DNA of 64,000 bases from an uncultured Anaerolineae bacterium (lineage in GTDB: Bacteria > Chloroflexota > Anaerolineae > CG2-30-64-16). Below, in pieces: positions 1 through 9,873 of the stretch (the first letter of the stretch is position 1; the number at the start of each line of letters is the position of its first letter). The notes under the pieces are model-generated. The model was not told where the DNA came from, ran no database searches, and saw only the letters and a list, made by a program, of their open reading frames with translations. Location: NCBI GenBank assembly GCA_937124585.1, contig CAKZKT010000014.1, positions 7,393-71,392 on the forward strand. Reading direction: 5' to 3'. The position numbers and the translations under genes were made by a program.

Positions 1-1070
<1,070 letters not shown>

Positions 1071-1073
1071 CAG

Positions 1074-1134
1074 CAACGTCATGCGTCAAACGTCACGCGC
1101 TGAAGGTGAATGACGTTTGACGCGTGACGCCTCA
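1074..1134. repeat. Heptamer-built inverted repeat between convergent acs and fabL; possible bidirectional terminator
   Basis: GCGTCAAACGTCA (1083-1095) pairs perfectly with TGACGTTTGACGC (1111-1123). Arms are 7-nt units (aacgtca/tgcgtca and tgacgtt/tgacgcg). Confidence 0.7.
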
Positions 1135-1926
1135 CGCCATCAACTCATACCCCCCATCCATCACGATCGTCTGGCCGACGATCATGCGGGCGTCGTCGGT
1201 GCAGAGCCAGGCCACCAGCTTCGCCACCTCCTCGGGGGTGACGAAGCGGCCGGCCGGGGTACGCCGTAGCCCCTCGGCCAGGATCTGCTCTTTGCTGGGG
1301 AAGAAGTTCAGCGCCTCGGTCTCCACCACGCCCGGGCTCACCGCATTGCAGACGACGCCGTGGGGGATCAGCTCGACCGCCAGGTAGCGGATCAACGTCT
1401 CGATCATCGCCTTGCTGACCCCCACCAGGCTGTACTCCGGCAGCACGCGGCGGCTCCCAAAGCTGGAGATGCCGATGATGCGACCCCAGCCGCGCGAGAT
1501 CATGTGGCGCGCGGCCGCCTGCGCGCCGAAGAGGAGCGACCGGGCATTGATGTTGAGCGTCCAGTCCCACCCCTTCAGCTCCTGCTGGATGACCGGCTTG
1601 AGCACGCCCGACGCCGCGTTGGCCACGAAGATATCCACGCCGCCGAACGCCTCGGCGGCCGCATTGACTAGCCGCTGTACCTCCTCGACCTCGCCCACGT
1701 GTGCCTTCACCACGATGGCCCGGCCGCCGGCCGCCTCGACCTCGTAGGCGGTCTGTTCGGCCTGCTGCCGGTGGCGAAAGTAGTTGACAGCCACATTGGC
1801 CCCGTGGCTCGCCAGCTCCAGGGCAATCGCCCGGCCGATGCCGCGGCCGCTGCCGGTGATCACCGCCGTCTTGCCGCGCAACACAGAAAAGGGATCGCGC
1901 ATATGGGGGCCGTCTTCACGGGACAA
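1132..1926 (-). CDS. fabL: FabL-like enoyl-ACP reductase (SDR); start may be the ATG at 1902
   Basis: TGSGRGIG nucleotide-binding motif, [20 protein letters not shown]-x6-K (YSLVGVSK) and TPAGR closely resemble B. subtilis FabL. Confidence 0.8.
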   Translation of the reverse strand: MSREDGPHMRDPFSVLRGKTAVITGSGRGIGRAIALELASHGANVAVNYFRHRQQAEQTAYEVEAAGGRAIVVKAHVGEVEEVQRLVNAAAEAFGGVDIFVANAASGVLKPVIQQELKGWDWTLNINARSLLFGAQAAARHMISRGWGRIIGISSFGSRRVLPEYSLVGVSKAMIETLIRYLAVELIPHGVVCNAVSPGVVETEALNFFPSKEQILAEGLRRTPAGRFVTPEEVAKLVAWLCTDDARMIVGQTIVMDGGYELMA

Positions 1927-2716
1927 CCGACTCGCCGCCGTCCACGAAGATCACCGAGCCGCTGATGAACTTCACATCGGGGTGGCAGAGCGCGACGATC
2001 GTCGCCGCAACGTCTTCGGGCGTGGTCAGGCGGCGCTGCGGATTGCGACGCAGCGTGGTCTCGATCATCAGCTCATGGCCCGGGATCTTGCGCAGCGCCG
2101 GCGTGTCGGTGACGCCTGCGTTGATGCAGTTCACGAGAATGCCGCGCGGCCCCAGCTCCAGGGCCAGCTGCCGCGTGTGCGACTCCAGGGCGGCTTTGGC
2201 CGCGGACACCGCGCCGTAATGAGGCAAGACGCGCTGGCTGCCCTCGCTCGTCATACTGAAGATGCGGCTGCCCGGCCCCAACATGCCACGACGCACCATG
2301 TCCTGCGTCCAGTATACCAGGCTGTGCGCCATCACATTGCAGGTCATCTCCATCTGCGCCTGGCTGATCGCCTCCTCCGGGTTATCGGCGATGAAGGGCA
2401 ACAGGCTGCCGAACGCCAGGGAATGCATCATCACGTGCACGACGCCGGCCGGCCCGAGCTCGGCGGCCAGGCCGTCCAGCACTTTGGCCCGTCGTTCCGG
2501 ATCGGCTGCGTTGGTATTGAAGAAGAGCGCCCGGACGCCCTGCGCCTCGATGTCAGCGATGACCGCTTTGGCGGCCGGCAACGTCGCGCGCAGATCGAGG
2601 TGCACGCCGCAGATGTTCATCCCGGCAGTGGCCAGCGCACGGGCTGTCGCCGCGCCAAAGCCGGACGAAGCGCCCAGGATGAGCGCCCATTTGCCCTGAA
2701 GTGGTTTGTCGGACAT
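1916..2716 (-). CDS. Second enoyl-ACP-reductase-like SDR
   Basis: [15 protein letters not shown]-x6-K (YGAVSAAK), [13 protein letters not shown]. Confidence 0.8.
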   Translation of the reverse strand: MSDKPLQGKWALILGASSGFGAATARALATAGMNICGVHLDLRATLPAAKAVIADIEAQGVRALFFNTNAADPERRAKVLDGLAAELGPAGVVHVMMHSLAFGSLLPFIADNPEEAISQAQMEMTCNVMAHSLVYWTQDMVRRGMLGPGSRIFSMTSEGSQRVLPHYGAVSAAKAALESHTRQLALELGPRGILVNCINAGVTDTPALRKIPGHELMIETTLRRNPQRRLTTPEDVAATIVALCHPDVKFISGSVIFVDGGESVVP

Positions 2717-2806
2717 GAAAGACTCCTGTGAAGGATTAAAAACAGGCTGTTTGTTGGCATAACCCCGACCGGCCGCGTTCGTCGCGCCGGTTGCGCGGCA
2801 TCCGGC

Positions 2807-3742
2807 TCAATCGCCGACCAGCGCGCGCAGGAAGAAGAGCAGGTTGGCTGGCCGCTCGGCCAGGCGACGCATGAAGTAGGGATACCAATGCGTGCCATAC
2901 GGCACATAGATGCGCATTTGATAGCCGCGACGCACCAGCGCGGCCTGCAGCTCGCGGCGAATGCCGTAGAGCATCTGGAACTCGTAGGCGGTCGGCGGGA
3001 TGTCGTGATGGTACGCGTAGGCCGCCGTGAAATTGATCACCTCCTCGTCGTGAGATGCGACCGCCGCGTAAGCGCCGCGTGCCCGGCTCTCCGGCGCCAG
3101 ACACGTGCACACGAGAGCGTTGAGCGCGCGCGTCACCGTCGGTCGGTCACGATAGGCAATGCTCGCCGGCTCGTCGTAGGCGCCTTTGCAAAGCCGGAAA
3201 TGGCCGATCCCCTCGGCGATCAACGCCTCCACGTCGGCCTGGCTGCGATGCAGATAAGCCTGGATGACGATGCCACAATTCGCGAACTGGCGCCGCAGCC
3301 GGCGATAGATGGCGAGCGTGCGCGCCGTGTAGGGTGAGCCTTCCATGTCAATGCGCACGAAATTGCCCAGCTCGGCAGCCCGCCGCACGATCCGACTGAC
3401 GTTGCTGAAGCAGAAATCCTCGCCCAGGTCGAGGCCCATCTGAGTCAGCTTGACCGATACGTTGCAGCGCGCGCCGGCCTGTTGGAGCGCCTCCAGAGCG
3501 AGCAGGTATTCGTCGGCCGCAGCGATGGCCTCGGCATGGCTCGTGACATTCTCACCCAGGTGATCCAGGGTGGCAAGCATCCCCTGCCGGTTCAGGTTGA
3601 GCACAGCCGCCAGGGCCTCCTCCAATGTCTCGCCGGACACAAAACGTCGGGCCATCCGTCGCGAGACGGGGACCCGAACGATCAGATCTTGCAGGCCACG
3701 ACTGCGAGACAACGCGATGAGCGTGGTACGCATGAGGGACAT
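2807..3742 (-). CDS. putB: Monofunctional proline dehydrogenase
   Basis: RFVSGE, LDHLGE, SVKLTQMG, RIDME, RLCKGAY, FQMLYG, YVPYG, YFMRRLAERPAN. SD AAAGGAG precedes the ATG at 3742; the longer ORF start at 4120 is a shadow extension. Confidence 0.92.
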   Translation of the reverse strand: MSLMRTTLIALSRSRGLQDLIVRVPVSRRMARRFVSGETLEEALAAVLNLNRQGMLATLDHLGENVTSHAEAIAAADEYLLALEALQQAGARCNVSVKLTQMGLDLGEDFCFSNVSRIVRRAAELGNFVRIDMEGSPYTARTLAIYRRLRRQFANCGIVIQAYLHRSQADVEALIAEGIGHFRLCKGAYDEPASIAYRDRPTVTRALNALVCTCLAPESRARGAYAAVASHDEEVINFTAAYAYHHDIPPTAYEFQMLYGIRRELQAALVRRGYQMRIYVPYGTHWYPYFMRRLAERPANLLFFLRALVGD

Positions 3743-3785
3743 GACCGTTCTCCTTTGCTGAAATGACCTCTTCGTCACGCCCTCT

Positions 3786-3814
3786 ATTCTGCCGCCGCGC
3801 CGGAGGCTTGTCAA
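3786..3814 (-). promoter_or_regulatory. Candidate sigma70 promoter for putB
   Basis: Minus strand TTGACA-N17-CAGAAT. Confidence 0.5.
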
Positions 3815-4593
3815 GCTGGAGGGATGGACCTGTGCGGCGTCGGTGCGAGGCGCACGGTGGGCAGGGCGGCCAGATCGAAGACCGCCAGATCGTCTGGAGA
3901 CAGGCCGGCCACATGGTCGGCGATGGCCTGGGCAGCTTGCCGCAGCCCGGCCACGTCCACGCCCTGGCAGGTCGCCGACAAGCCCTGCAATCGCGCCAGG
4001 CCGCGGCGCAGCACCTTGAGCGCGCCGGCCCGGTTGCCTCGCCGCAGGTGGAGAAACCCGACGCCGATCTGCAAGATGCCCCGGTACAGGTCGCGCACCG
4101 GCCGCGGCTCCTGCCGCCATAGCGCCTCCAGCGTCTCATGGCAGGTCCAGTATTCGCCGGCATTGAACTCCGCGATGCCCTGGAGGAGCAGAGCCGGCGG
4201 GGGCTCCACGCAGCCTGCAGCCGGCTGCAAGACGCTCGCCAGCAGGCCGGGCAGGCCGGCGGCGAGACGCGATCTGGCCCAGGCATGATCGCAGCCGGCC
4301 TGTCGCGCCGCCTGCAAGGCCGCCGTGTCGACGTGGCTGCCGAAAGCGATGATCGGGGTCTCCCGCAGCGCGGGCATGGCTCTGAGATGGCGGACGACTT
4401 CCAGACAGCCGGCCGCAACGGCCAGATCAATCAGGATCAGCGCCGGTCGTCGCGCCGCGGCATCCATCAGCGCTGCGCAGTCGGCCACGCAGACGACTCG
4501 GCCGCCGGCCGCCCGGCACGCCGCTTCGATGCGCGCGGCCCAAAAGAGATCGGATTCCAGGACCACGACGGTCGGCAAAACATCTTCAGACAT
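3811..4593 (-). CDS. Atypical receiver (REC) domain fused to DUF309
   Basis: N-terminal VVVLESD...LILIDL...IIAFGSH resembles a receiver fold with no canonical KP. C-terminal FNAGEYWTCHETLEALW...GILQIGVG...H is the DUF309 signature. Confidence 0.7.
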   Translation of the reverse strand: MSEDVLPTVVVLESDLFWAARIEAACRAAGGRVVCVADCAALMDAAARRPALILIDLAVAAGCLEVVRHLRAMPALRETPIIAFGSHVDTAALQAARQAGCDHAWARSRLAAGLPGLLASVLQPAAGCVEPPPALLLQGIAEFNAGEYWTCHETLEALWRQEPRPVRDLYRGILQIGVGFLHLRRGNRAGALKVLRRGLARLQGLSATCQGVDVAGLRQAAQAIADHVAGLSPDDLAVFDLAALPTVRLAPTPHRSIPPA

Positions 4594-4614
4594 CGCATTC
4601 TCTCCGCATGTGGG

Positions 4615-4629
4615 GTGCTATCATAGCAC
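4615..4629. promoter_or_regulatory. Palindrome giving overlapping extended -10 boxes on both strands
   Basis: GTGCTA-TCA-TAGCAC reads TGcTATCAT on + and TGcTATGAT on -, between divergent genes. Confidence 0.4.
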
Positions 4630-4702
4630 AAAGGCAGCCTCTGTGCCAATTCGGGCACCGGAGACCCGTGGCCCGGTCGGCTGCCGGCACATTCGCGGCG
4701 CA

Positions 4703-4737
4703 CACGCGGCCGCATGCTGCAAGATGCCCGGCACGTG
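4703..4737. repeat. Degenerate copy of the REP-like palindrome
   Basis: Right half TGCAAGATGCCCGGCACGTG matches the 39548 copy; the left arm is decayed. Confidence 0.55.
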
Positions 4738-4841
4738 TGGCGACGATTTTCAGGGTGGAGCAAGCGCTCGGTAACGTTTTGACGCAGCGTCCATCCCGCG
4801 GTAAACTTTGGGGAGCGGTGGATGATTTCCGGGAGACTGAC

Positions 4842-5531
4842 ATGACCCAGGCCAAAGATGACATCATTATCTTGATGCCGGCTTACAACGAGTCGCGCTA
4901 CATCGGCGAAGTGGTGCGCTGCGCGCTCAAATACGCGCCGGTGATCGTGATTGACGACGGCTCCACCGACGGAACCGGCGGCGTGGCGGCTCTGGCCGGC
5001 GCCAAAGTGATCCAGCACGCGGTGAACCGTGGCAAGGGCAGGGCGCTCAACACGGGGTTCGCGCACGCCGTGCAGCGCAAAGTAGACGCGGTAATCACCA
5101 TTGACGCCGACGGCCAGCATGACCCCGACGAGATACCGAAGTTCATCGAGGCGTTTCGGGCCGGCCTGGGCGATGTCATCATCGGGCAGCGCGATTTCTC
5201 GCAGATGCCGGCCAGGAATCAATTCGGCAATCGCGTGGGGACGTTTCTCCTGAGCCTGGCCATGGGCCAACACATTCCGGATAATCAGAGCGGCTATCGG
5301 TTGCTCAGCCGGCCGGTGCTGGAGGCGGTGCGCACCGACACCACCCGCTTCGAGGCCGAGGTCGAACTGCTGCTGCGCGCCCGACTGGCCGGCTTTCGCA
5401 TCGCCTGGATCCCTATTAAGACAATCTACACCGAGAAGGTCAGCCACTTTCGGCCCCTGCACGACAGCTGGCTGTTCCTCAAGATGACCTGGCGCATCTG
5501 GCGCGCCCGGCTGCGCGGCAGGTTCGAGTGA
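4842..5531 (+). CDS. GT2 glycosyltransferase (DPM1-like)
   Basis: MPAYNE, IDDGSTD, NRGKG, IDADGQHDP, DNQSGYR. SD GGGAG precedes the ATG at 4842. Confidence 0.9.
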   Translation: MTQAKDDIIILMPAYNESRYIGEVVRCALKYAPVIVIDDGSTDGTGGVAALAGAKVIQHAVNRGKGRALNTGFAHAVQRKVDAVITIDADGQHDPDEIPKFIEAFRAGLGDVIIGQRDFSQMPARNQFGNRVGTFLLSLAMGQHIPDNQSGYRLLSRPVLEAVRTDTTRFEAEVELLLRARLAGFRIAWIPIKTIYTEKVSHFRPLHDSWLFLKMTWRIWRARLRGRFE

Positions 5532-5851
5532 TGGTCGTCCTCGGAGTGCTGCTGCTGGTCAGCGGCGTCGTCTTCCCGCTGGCCATGCTGTTCTGGTTGA
5601 GCAGTCGGCTGAGCCGGCCGCCGGCGCTCAGGCCGCGCCAGGTCGGCCTGATGTTGGCGCTCAATCTGATGCTGCCGGCGAGCCTTGTGCTCTGGGCGTT
5701 ACAGCTGATCTCTTCGCGTCTGGCTGCTGCGACGGCGGTTCAGACCGCAGCAATGGCCACATCGGCCGCGACCGTGTTTCTCGTGATCATCATGGCCGCC
5801 GAGGGGCTCCGATCGCGGCGCCGTCGGGCAGGAGGCAGCAATGACGGATGA
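5528..5851 (+). CDS. Small hypothetical membrane protein
   Basis: Three hydrophobic stretches; overlaps both neighbours in operon fashion. Confidence 0.55.
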   Translation: MMVVLGVLLLVSGVVFPLAMLFWLSSRLSRPPALRPRQVGLMLALNLMLPASLVLWALQLISSRLAAATAVQTAAMATSAATVFLVIIMAAEGLRSRRRRAGGSNDG

Positions 5852-6386
5852 AGCGCGTAGTCTGGTATTCGAGGCGCCGACATGGGGCTGGATCGGCCTG
5901 ATCGCTTCGGCGCAGGGCCTGCGGGTGCTGAGCCTGCCGCGGCAAACCGAGCAGGCGGCCTGGCAGGCGCTCGGCCGACGCCACCGTGAGGCCACACTCG
6001 CGCCGAACGATCCGCTCCTCTGCGAGGCCGCGCGCCAGGTGAAGGCTTTCCTGGCCGGTGCATTGCGCGAGTTCTCGCTGGTGCTCGACCTGCGCGGCCA
6101 TACCGCGTTCGAGCTGGCGGTCTGGAACACGATCCGGCGCATCCCCTACAGCCAGACCCGCACGTACAGTTGGGTGGCCGATCAGGTGGGCGGCGGCCGC
6201 GGGGCTGCCCAGGCAGTCGGCGCGGCCGTGGGCGCCAACCCGATCCCCATCGTCATCCCCTGCCATCGCGTCATCGGCGCAGACGGCAGCCTGCATGGCT
6301 TCGCCGGCGGACTCCAGATGAAGGCCAGGCTGCTCGCGCTGGAAAGCGGCCAGGGCCATTTCGATGTGGCGATGGCGCAGGAATAG
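5841..6386 (+). CDS. ogt: Methylated-DNA-protein-cysteine S-methyltransferase
   Basis: IPYSQTRTY, AQAVGAA, NPIPIVIPCHRVIG active site, FAGG. Confidence 0.93.
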   Translation: MTDEARSLVFEAPTWGWIGLIASAQGLRVLSLPRQTEQAAWQALGRRHREATLAPNDPLLCEAARQVKAFLAGALREFSLVLDLRGHTAFELAVWNTIRRIPYSQTRTYSWVADQVGGGRGAAQAVGAAVGANPIPIVIPCHRVIGADGSLHGFAGGLQMKARLLALESGQGHFDVAMAQE

Positions 6387-6388
6387 CG

Positions 6389-7297
6389 ATGCGGTTCGCG
6401 GTGTTCGGAGATATCCACGGCAATCTCTTCGGGCTGGAGGCGGTGCTGAGAGACCTGCGCCGTCACCGGCCAGATGCCATGATCGTGACCGGCGACCTGG
6501 TTTACAAGCTGCCATGGGGCGCCGAGGTGATAGACTTGCTGCGCACGCTGCCGCACCGGGCGGTGCTCGGCAACTCGGAGCTCTATCTGGCCCTCTGGGA
6601 GACGCCCCTCTGGCCGGCCGACCTGTGGAACCTGCCCCTGGCCCACGCGGTGATCGCGTGGGAGCGCCGACGGCTCGGCGCCGACCGGCTGGCATGGCTG
6701 GCGGCGCTGCCCGAACATGTCGCGCTTTCGGCCGGCCGGGTTGAGGACCTGCTCGTGGTGCACGGCGTGCCCGGTAACCCGTTCCTGCCGATCCTCGGTC
6801 GGCCGGGCGAGGACCGCTCGCCGTGGGTACAAACGGATGCCCGCGTCCAGGAGCTGCTGGGCGACGTGGATGCGGATGTGGTGGTCTGCGGCCACACGCA
6901 TACGCCGCTGATCCGTCCCGTCGCGTCGCGCGTGCGGGCCGATATCACGATCGTCAATCCCGGCAGCCTGAGCTATGGCCGCGGCCGGGCCGCGACGGTG
7001 GGCCAGGCCGGCTATGCATTGCTCGATTGGTCAGGCCGCACCGGCTGGCAAGTCAGCCTGCACACGGTGCACTATGACCCTGCGCCGCTCCATGCCGCGC
7101 TGCTGGCGTTGCGCGGTGACTATCCGGTGGCCGCGTACATCGCCAATCGAATGCGGCCGACCACTGCGGCCGCGGTGGAAGAGCCGGAGCTGGATTTCGT
7201 GCGTTTTCGCTGGGGCGATGCGCCCGCCTGGTGGGAGGTGCGCGACGATTTGCCCGCCTGGCGCAGCCTGCGCGGAGATCACGTGACGACAGAATAG
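6389..7297 (+). CDS. Calcineurin-like metallophosphoesterase
   Basis: GDIHGN, GDLV, GNSE, HG, GHTH and NPGS motifs; ATG at 6389 follows the ogt stop. Confidence 0.85.
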   Translation: MRFAVFGDIHGNLFGLEAVLRDLRRHRPDAMIVTGDLVYKLPWGAEVIDLLRTLPHRAVLGNSELYLALWETPLWPADLWNLPLAHAVIAWERRRLGADRLAWLAALPEHVALSAGRVEDLLVVHGVPGNPFLPILGRPGEDRSPWVQTDARVQELLGDVDADVVVCGHTHTPLIRPVASRVRADITIVNPGSLSYGRGRAATVGQAGYALLDWSGRTGWQVSLHTVHYDPAPLHAALLALRGDYPVAAYIANRMRPTTAAAVEEPELDFVRFRWGDAPAWWEVRDDLPAWRSLRGDHVTTE

Positions 7298-7406
7298 GCA
7301 TTGCGACGCCAGCCTGTGCGCCAACCGGCGAGGCCGCGCGAGGGTCAGCCTGGCCGACAGGCGAGCGAAGAACAGCCACAGCCCAGGATCTTTCGTCGAA
7401 CTCACC

Positions 7407-8312
7407 ATGCACACCGATCACTGCTTCATCTGTGGAAAGGACAATCCGGTGGGCCTGCGTGCCCGCTTCGAGGCGCCGACCGCAGGCGCCATCGTCGCCC
7501 ACTTTGTCGGCCAGGAACAACATCAGGGCTATCCGGGCCGGATGCACGGCGGCGTGATCGCCGCGCTTCTGGATGAGGTCGCAGCGCGTGCACTCGCCGC
7601 GCAGGCGACCAAGACGAACGAGACAGCCCGTGAGCTACGGGTGCGTTATCGCCAACCGGTGCCGTTGGGCGTGGCGCTGACGGCCCGCGGCCGACTCGTG
7701 GCGACCGACGAGCGCGGCGCGGTGGCCGAGCTTCTCCTGGCCGATGGCACGATCGCCGTTGAGGCGCATCTCCGCTACGTCGCGGCCGGTTTTGCCGAGG
7801 ACGACGTACGCCGATCGGGCCGATCGTGGCCGGATGGCCGCGCGATCATGCGCAAGCAACCCAACAGCCGCATGTGCTTCGTGTGCGGCACCAGCAATTG
7901 CAGCGGGCTCCATGTGCGTTTCTACGAGCGAGACGACAACAGCGTCCTGGCCCGCTTCGTTGCGGCTGGCCATCACGCCGACCACACCGGCCACATGAGT
8001 CTGGCCGCCGTGGCAGCAACCCTGGACGAAGCGATGGGCCGGGCGATCATGATCCCGTATGGCGAAGCGATCTGGGGCGTGACGGCCGAGCTCAGCTTTC
8101 GCCTGTTGCGGCCGATCCCGGTCGGCGTCGAGCTGAGCTCGACCGGCCGGATCACCGCCGAACGATCGCGGCTGTTCGAGGGAAGTGGCGAGCTCTGGTT
8201 GCCCAACGGCGCGTTGGCCGTCACGGGACATGGCCGCTACGTCAAGCTGGACATGGTCACGCTTGGTGGCTTCGACCCGGAGCAGGAAGAATGGGGCGTG
8301 AGGCCGGACTGA
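7407..8312 (+). CDS. Double-domain PaaI-type hotdog thioesterase
   Basis: Two repeats: CFICGKDNPVGL...HGGVIAALLDE and CFVCGTSNCSGL...LAAVAATLDE. Confidence 0.8.
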   Translation: MHTDHCFICGKDNPVGLRARFEAPTAGAIVAHFVGQEQHQGYPGRMHGGVIAALLDEVAARALAAQATKTNETARELRVRYRQPVPLGVALTARGRLVATDERGAVAELLLADGTIAVEAHLRYVAAGFAEDDVRRSGRSWPDGRAIMRKQPNSRMCFVCGTSNCSGLHVRFYERDDNSVLARFVAAGHHADHTGHMSLAAVAATLDEAMGRAIMIPYGEAIWGVTAELSFRLLRPIPVGVELSSTGRITAERSRLFEGSGELWLPNGALAVTGHGRYVKLDMVTLGGFDPEQEEWGVRPD

Positions 8313-8323
8313 GCGGCTGCCAG

Positions 8324-8357
8324 ACGTGACGGGCACCCGAAAGAGTGTCCGGCACGT
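8324..8357. repeat. Divergent REP-like palindrome copy
   Basis: ACGTGACGGGCAC-ccgaaaga-GTGTCCGGCACGT, imperfect hairpin downstream of the thioesterase. Confidence 0.55.
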
Positions 8358-8376
8358 AGATACGGAGGAGTGAGAC

Positions 8377-8778
8377 ATGGGCATCAAACGCATTGACCAC
8401 ATTGCAATCGTTGTCGAGAACCTGGACAAGGCCCTGGAGGTCTATCGCGATGCGCTGGGAATGACCGTGACCGCGGTCAAGGAAATGCCGGAACAGGATG
8501 TGAAGATGGCGTTTCTGCCGAGCGGCGACTCGGAGATCGAGCTGCTGGAGCCACTCTCGACCGAGTCGGGCATTGCCCGTTACCTGGCCAAGCGCGGGGA
8601 GGGGCTGCATCACATCTGCCTGGAGGTGGACGACATCGCGGCCACTCTGGCCGAGCTGAAAGCCAAAGGCGCCCAGCTGATTGACGAGGAGCCCAAGCCC
8701 GGCGCCCACGGCAAGATCGCGTTCATTCACCCCAAAGGCGCGCACGGCGTGCTGATCGAATTGGTGGAACGGGCATAG
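8377..8778 (+). CDS. mce: Methylmalonyl-CoA epimerase
   Basis: IDHIAIVV, EIELLEP, GEGLHHIC, FIHPK, GVLIELVE; SD GGAGGAG. Confidence 0.9.
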   Translation: MGIKRIDHIAIVVENLDKALEVYRDALGMTVTAVKEMPEQDVKMAFLPSGDSEIELLEPLSTESGIARYLAKRGEGLHHICLEVDDIAATLAELKAKGAQLIDEEPKPGAHGKIAFIHPKGAHGVLIELVERA

Positions 8779-8787
8779 GAGGGACAG

Positions 8788-9159
8788 ATGGCTCGGGTGT
8801 TCTTCCTTCTGGGCAGCCTGTCGGCCGGGCTGGCCGTGGCGCTCGGCGCGTTCGCCAGCCACGGGCTGCGCGGCCGTCTGCCCGCCGACCTGCTGGCGAC
8901 GTTCGAGACCGGGGTGCGCTATGAGATGTATCATGCGTTGGCGCTCCTGGCCGCGGCGTGGGCGGTCGGCCACTGGCCACACAGCTCCTTTGCGGCCTAT
9001 GCCGGCTGGCTCTTCGTCGCCGGCACGATCCTTTTCTCGTTCAGCCTTTACGGACTGGCGCTGACGGGCTGGCGCTGGCTGGGCGCCGTCACGCCGCTGG
9101 GAGGCATCGCGTTTGTGATCGGGTGGATCTGCCTGGCGCTGGCTGCCTGGCGCGGATAG
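8788..9159 (+). CDS. DUF423 (YgdD/TMEM256) membrane protein
   Basis: LGAFASHGL, FETGVRYEMYHALA, LFSFSLY, GAVTPLGG. Confidence 0.88.
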   Translation: MARVFFLLGSLSAGLAVALGAFASHGLRGRLPADLLATFETGVRYEMYHALALLAAAWAVGHWPHSSFAAYAGWLFVAGTILFSFSLYGLALTGWRWLGAVTPLGGIAFVIGWICLALAAWRG

Positions 9160-9204
9160 GCCGGCCGCGGCATTTTTCCATAGGCGAAAAATCGAGTTTC
9201 GCGG

Positions 9205-9233
9205 TTGACTTGCCGGACGATTTGTGGTATAAC
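9205..9233 (+). promoter_or_regulatory. Strong sigma70 promoter for the DksA/TraR-like gene
   Basis: TTGACT-N17-TATAAC with extended TG at 9225-9226. Confidence 0.75.
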
Positions 9234-9310
9234 ATACCGACCTCGAAACGGCTGCAACAACGAGGCTCTGGCAAGAGTGCCGTACAGTGTTTGGATCAGG
9301 AGTTGGAGAA

Positions 9311-9697
9311 ATGCCCACACGGGAACAGATCGTCGCCCGAGAGCGCCGCAAACTGCTCGAAGAACGCGCCCGGCTGACCGGAGAACTGGAGCGTTTGCGC
9401 GAAGCCCTCAAAATTGAAGTGGATGTGGATGCCGAGGAAGGAGATCCCGATCTGATCGAGCGCGAGAAAAACGTCGCCCTGGTCAGCCAACTCGAACGCA
9501 AGATGGATGATGTCGAAGCAGCGCTGCGCCTGATCGAAAAAGGCAAATACGGCATCTGTGAACGTTGTGGCAAGGAAATTCCCACCGAGCGTCTCGAAGT
9601 GCGACCGGATGCGACCCTGTGTGTCCAGTGTCAGGTTGAGGTCGAAAAGCTTATCAAGCGGGGGCTGTTGGCGAAGGCAGCCCAAGAGATCCAATAG
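9311..9697 (+). CDS. TraR/DksA-family C4 zinc-finger protein
   Basis: Coiled coil followed by [31 protein letters not shown]; SD upstream of the ATG at 9311. Confidence 0.88.
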   Translation: MPTREQIVARERRKLLEERARLTGELERLREALKIEVDVDAEEGDPDLIEREKNVALVSQLERKMDDVEAALRLIEKGKYGICERCGKEIPTERLEVRPDATLCVQCQVEVEKLIKRGLLAKAAQEIQ

Positions 9698-9792
9698 ACC
9701 GCGCAATCCGACAGGCAGCGCGCGATTTCATCGGGAAACCCCTGGCAACCCATGTGCAAAACGGACGTCGGCCGTGCGACGGCGCGACCAGC

Positions 9793-9841
9793 AAAGCGGG
9801 CGAAGGCGATCCTGAACAGGACGCCCCGGCCCGCTTTTTTT
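9793..9841 (+). terminator. Long intrinsic terminator hairpin just upstream of upp
   Basis: AAAGCGGGC pairs with GCCCGCTTT, enclosing GGCG-A-TCCTG-AA-CAGGA-CGCC, and ends in a T7 run. Confidence 0.75.
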
Positions 9842-9873
9842 CATCTCTTCAGCCATCAGGAGGGCATCTCACC

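Noticed and set aside
9698-9790. PyrR box or PRPP/ykkC riboswitch before upp
   Set aside because: AATCCGACAGGC only loosely resembles the PyrR consensus and the ykkC core motifs are absent; kept only as an unexplained leader.
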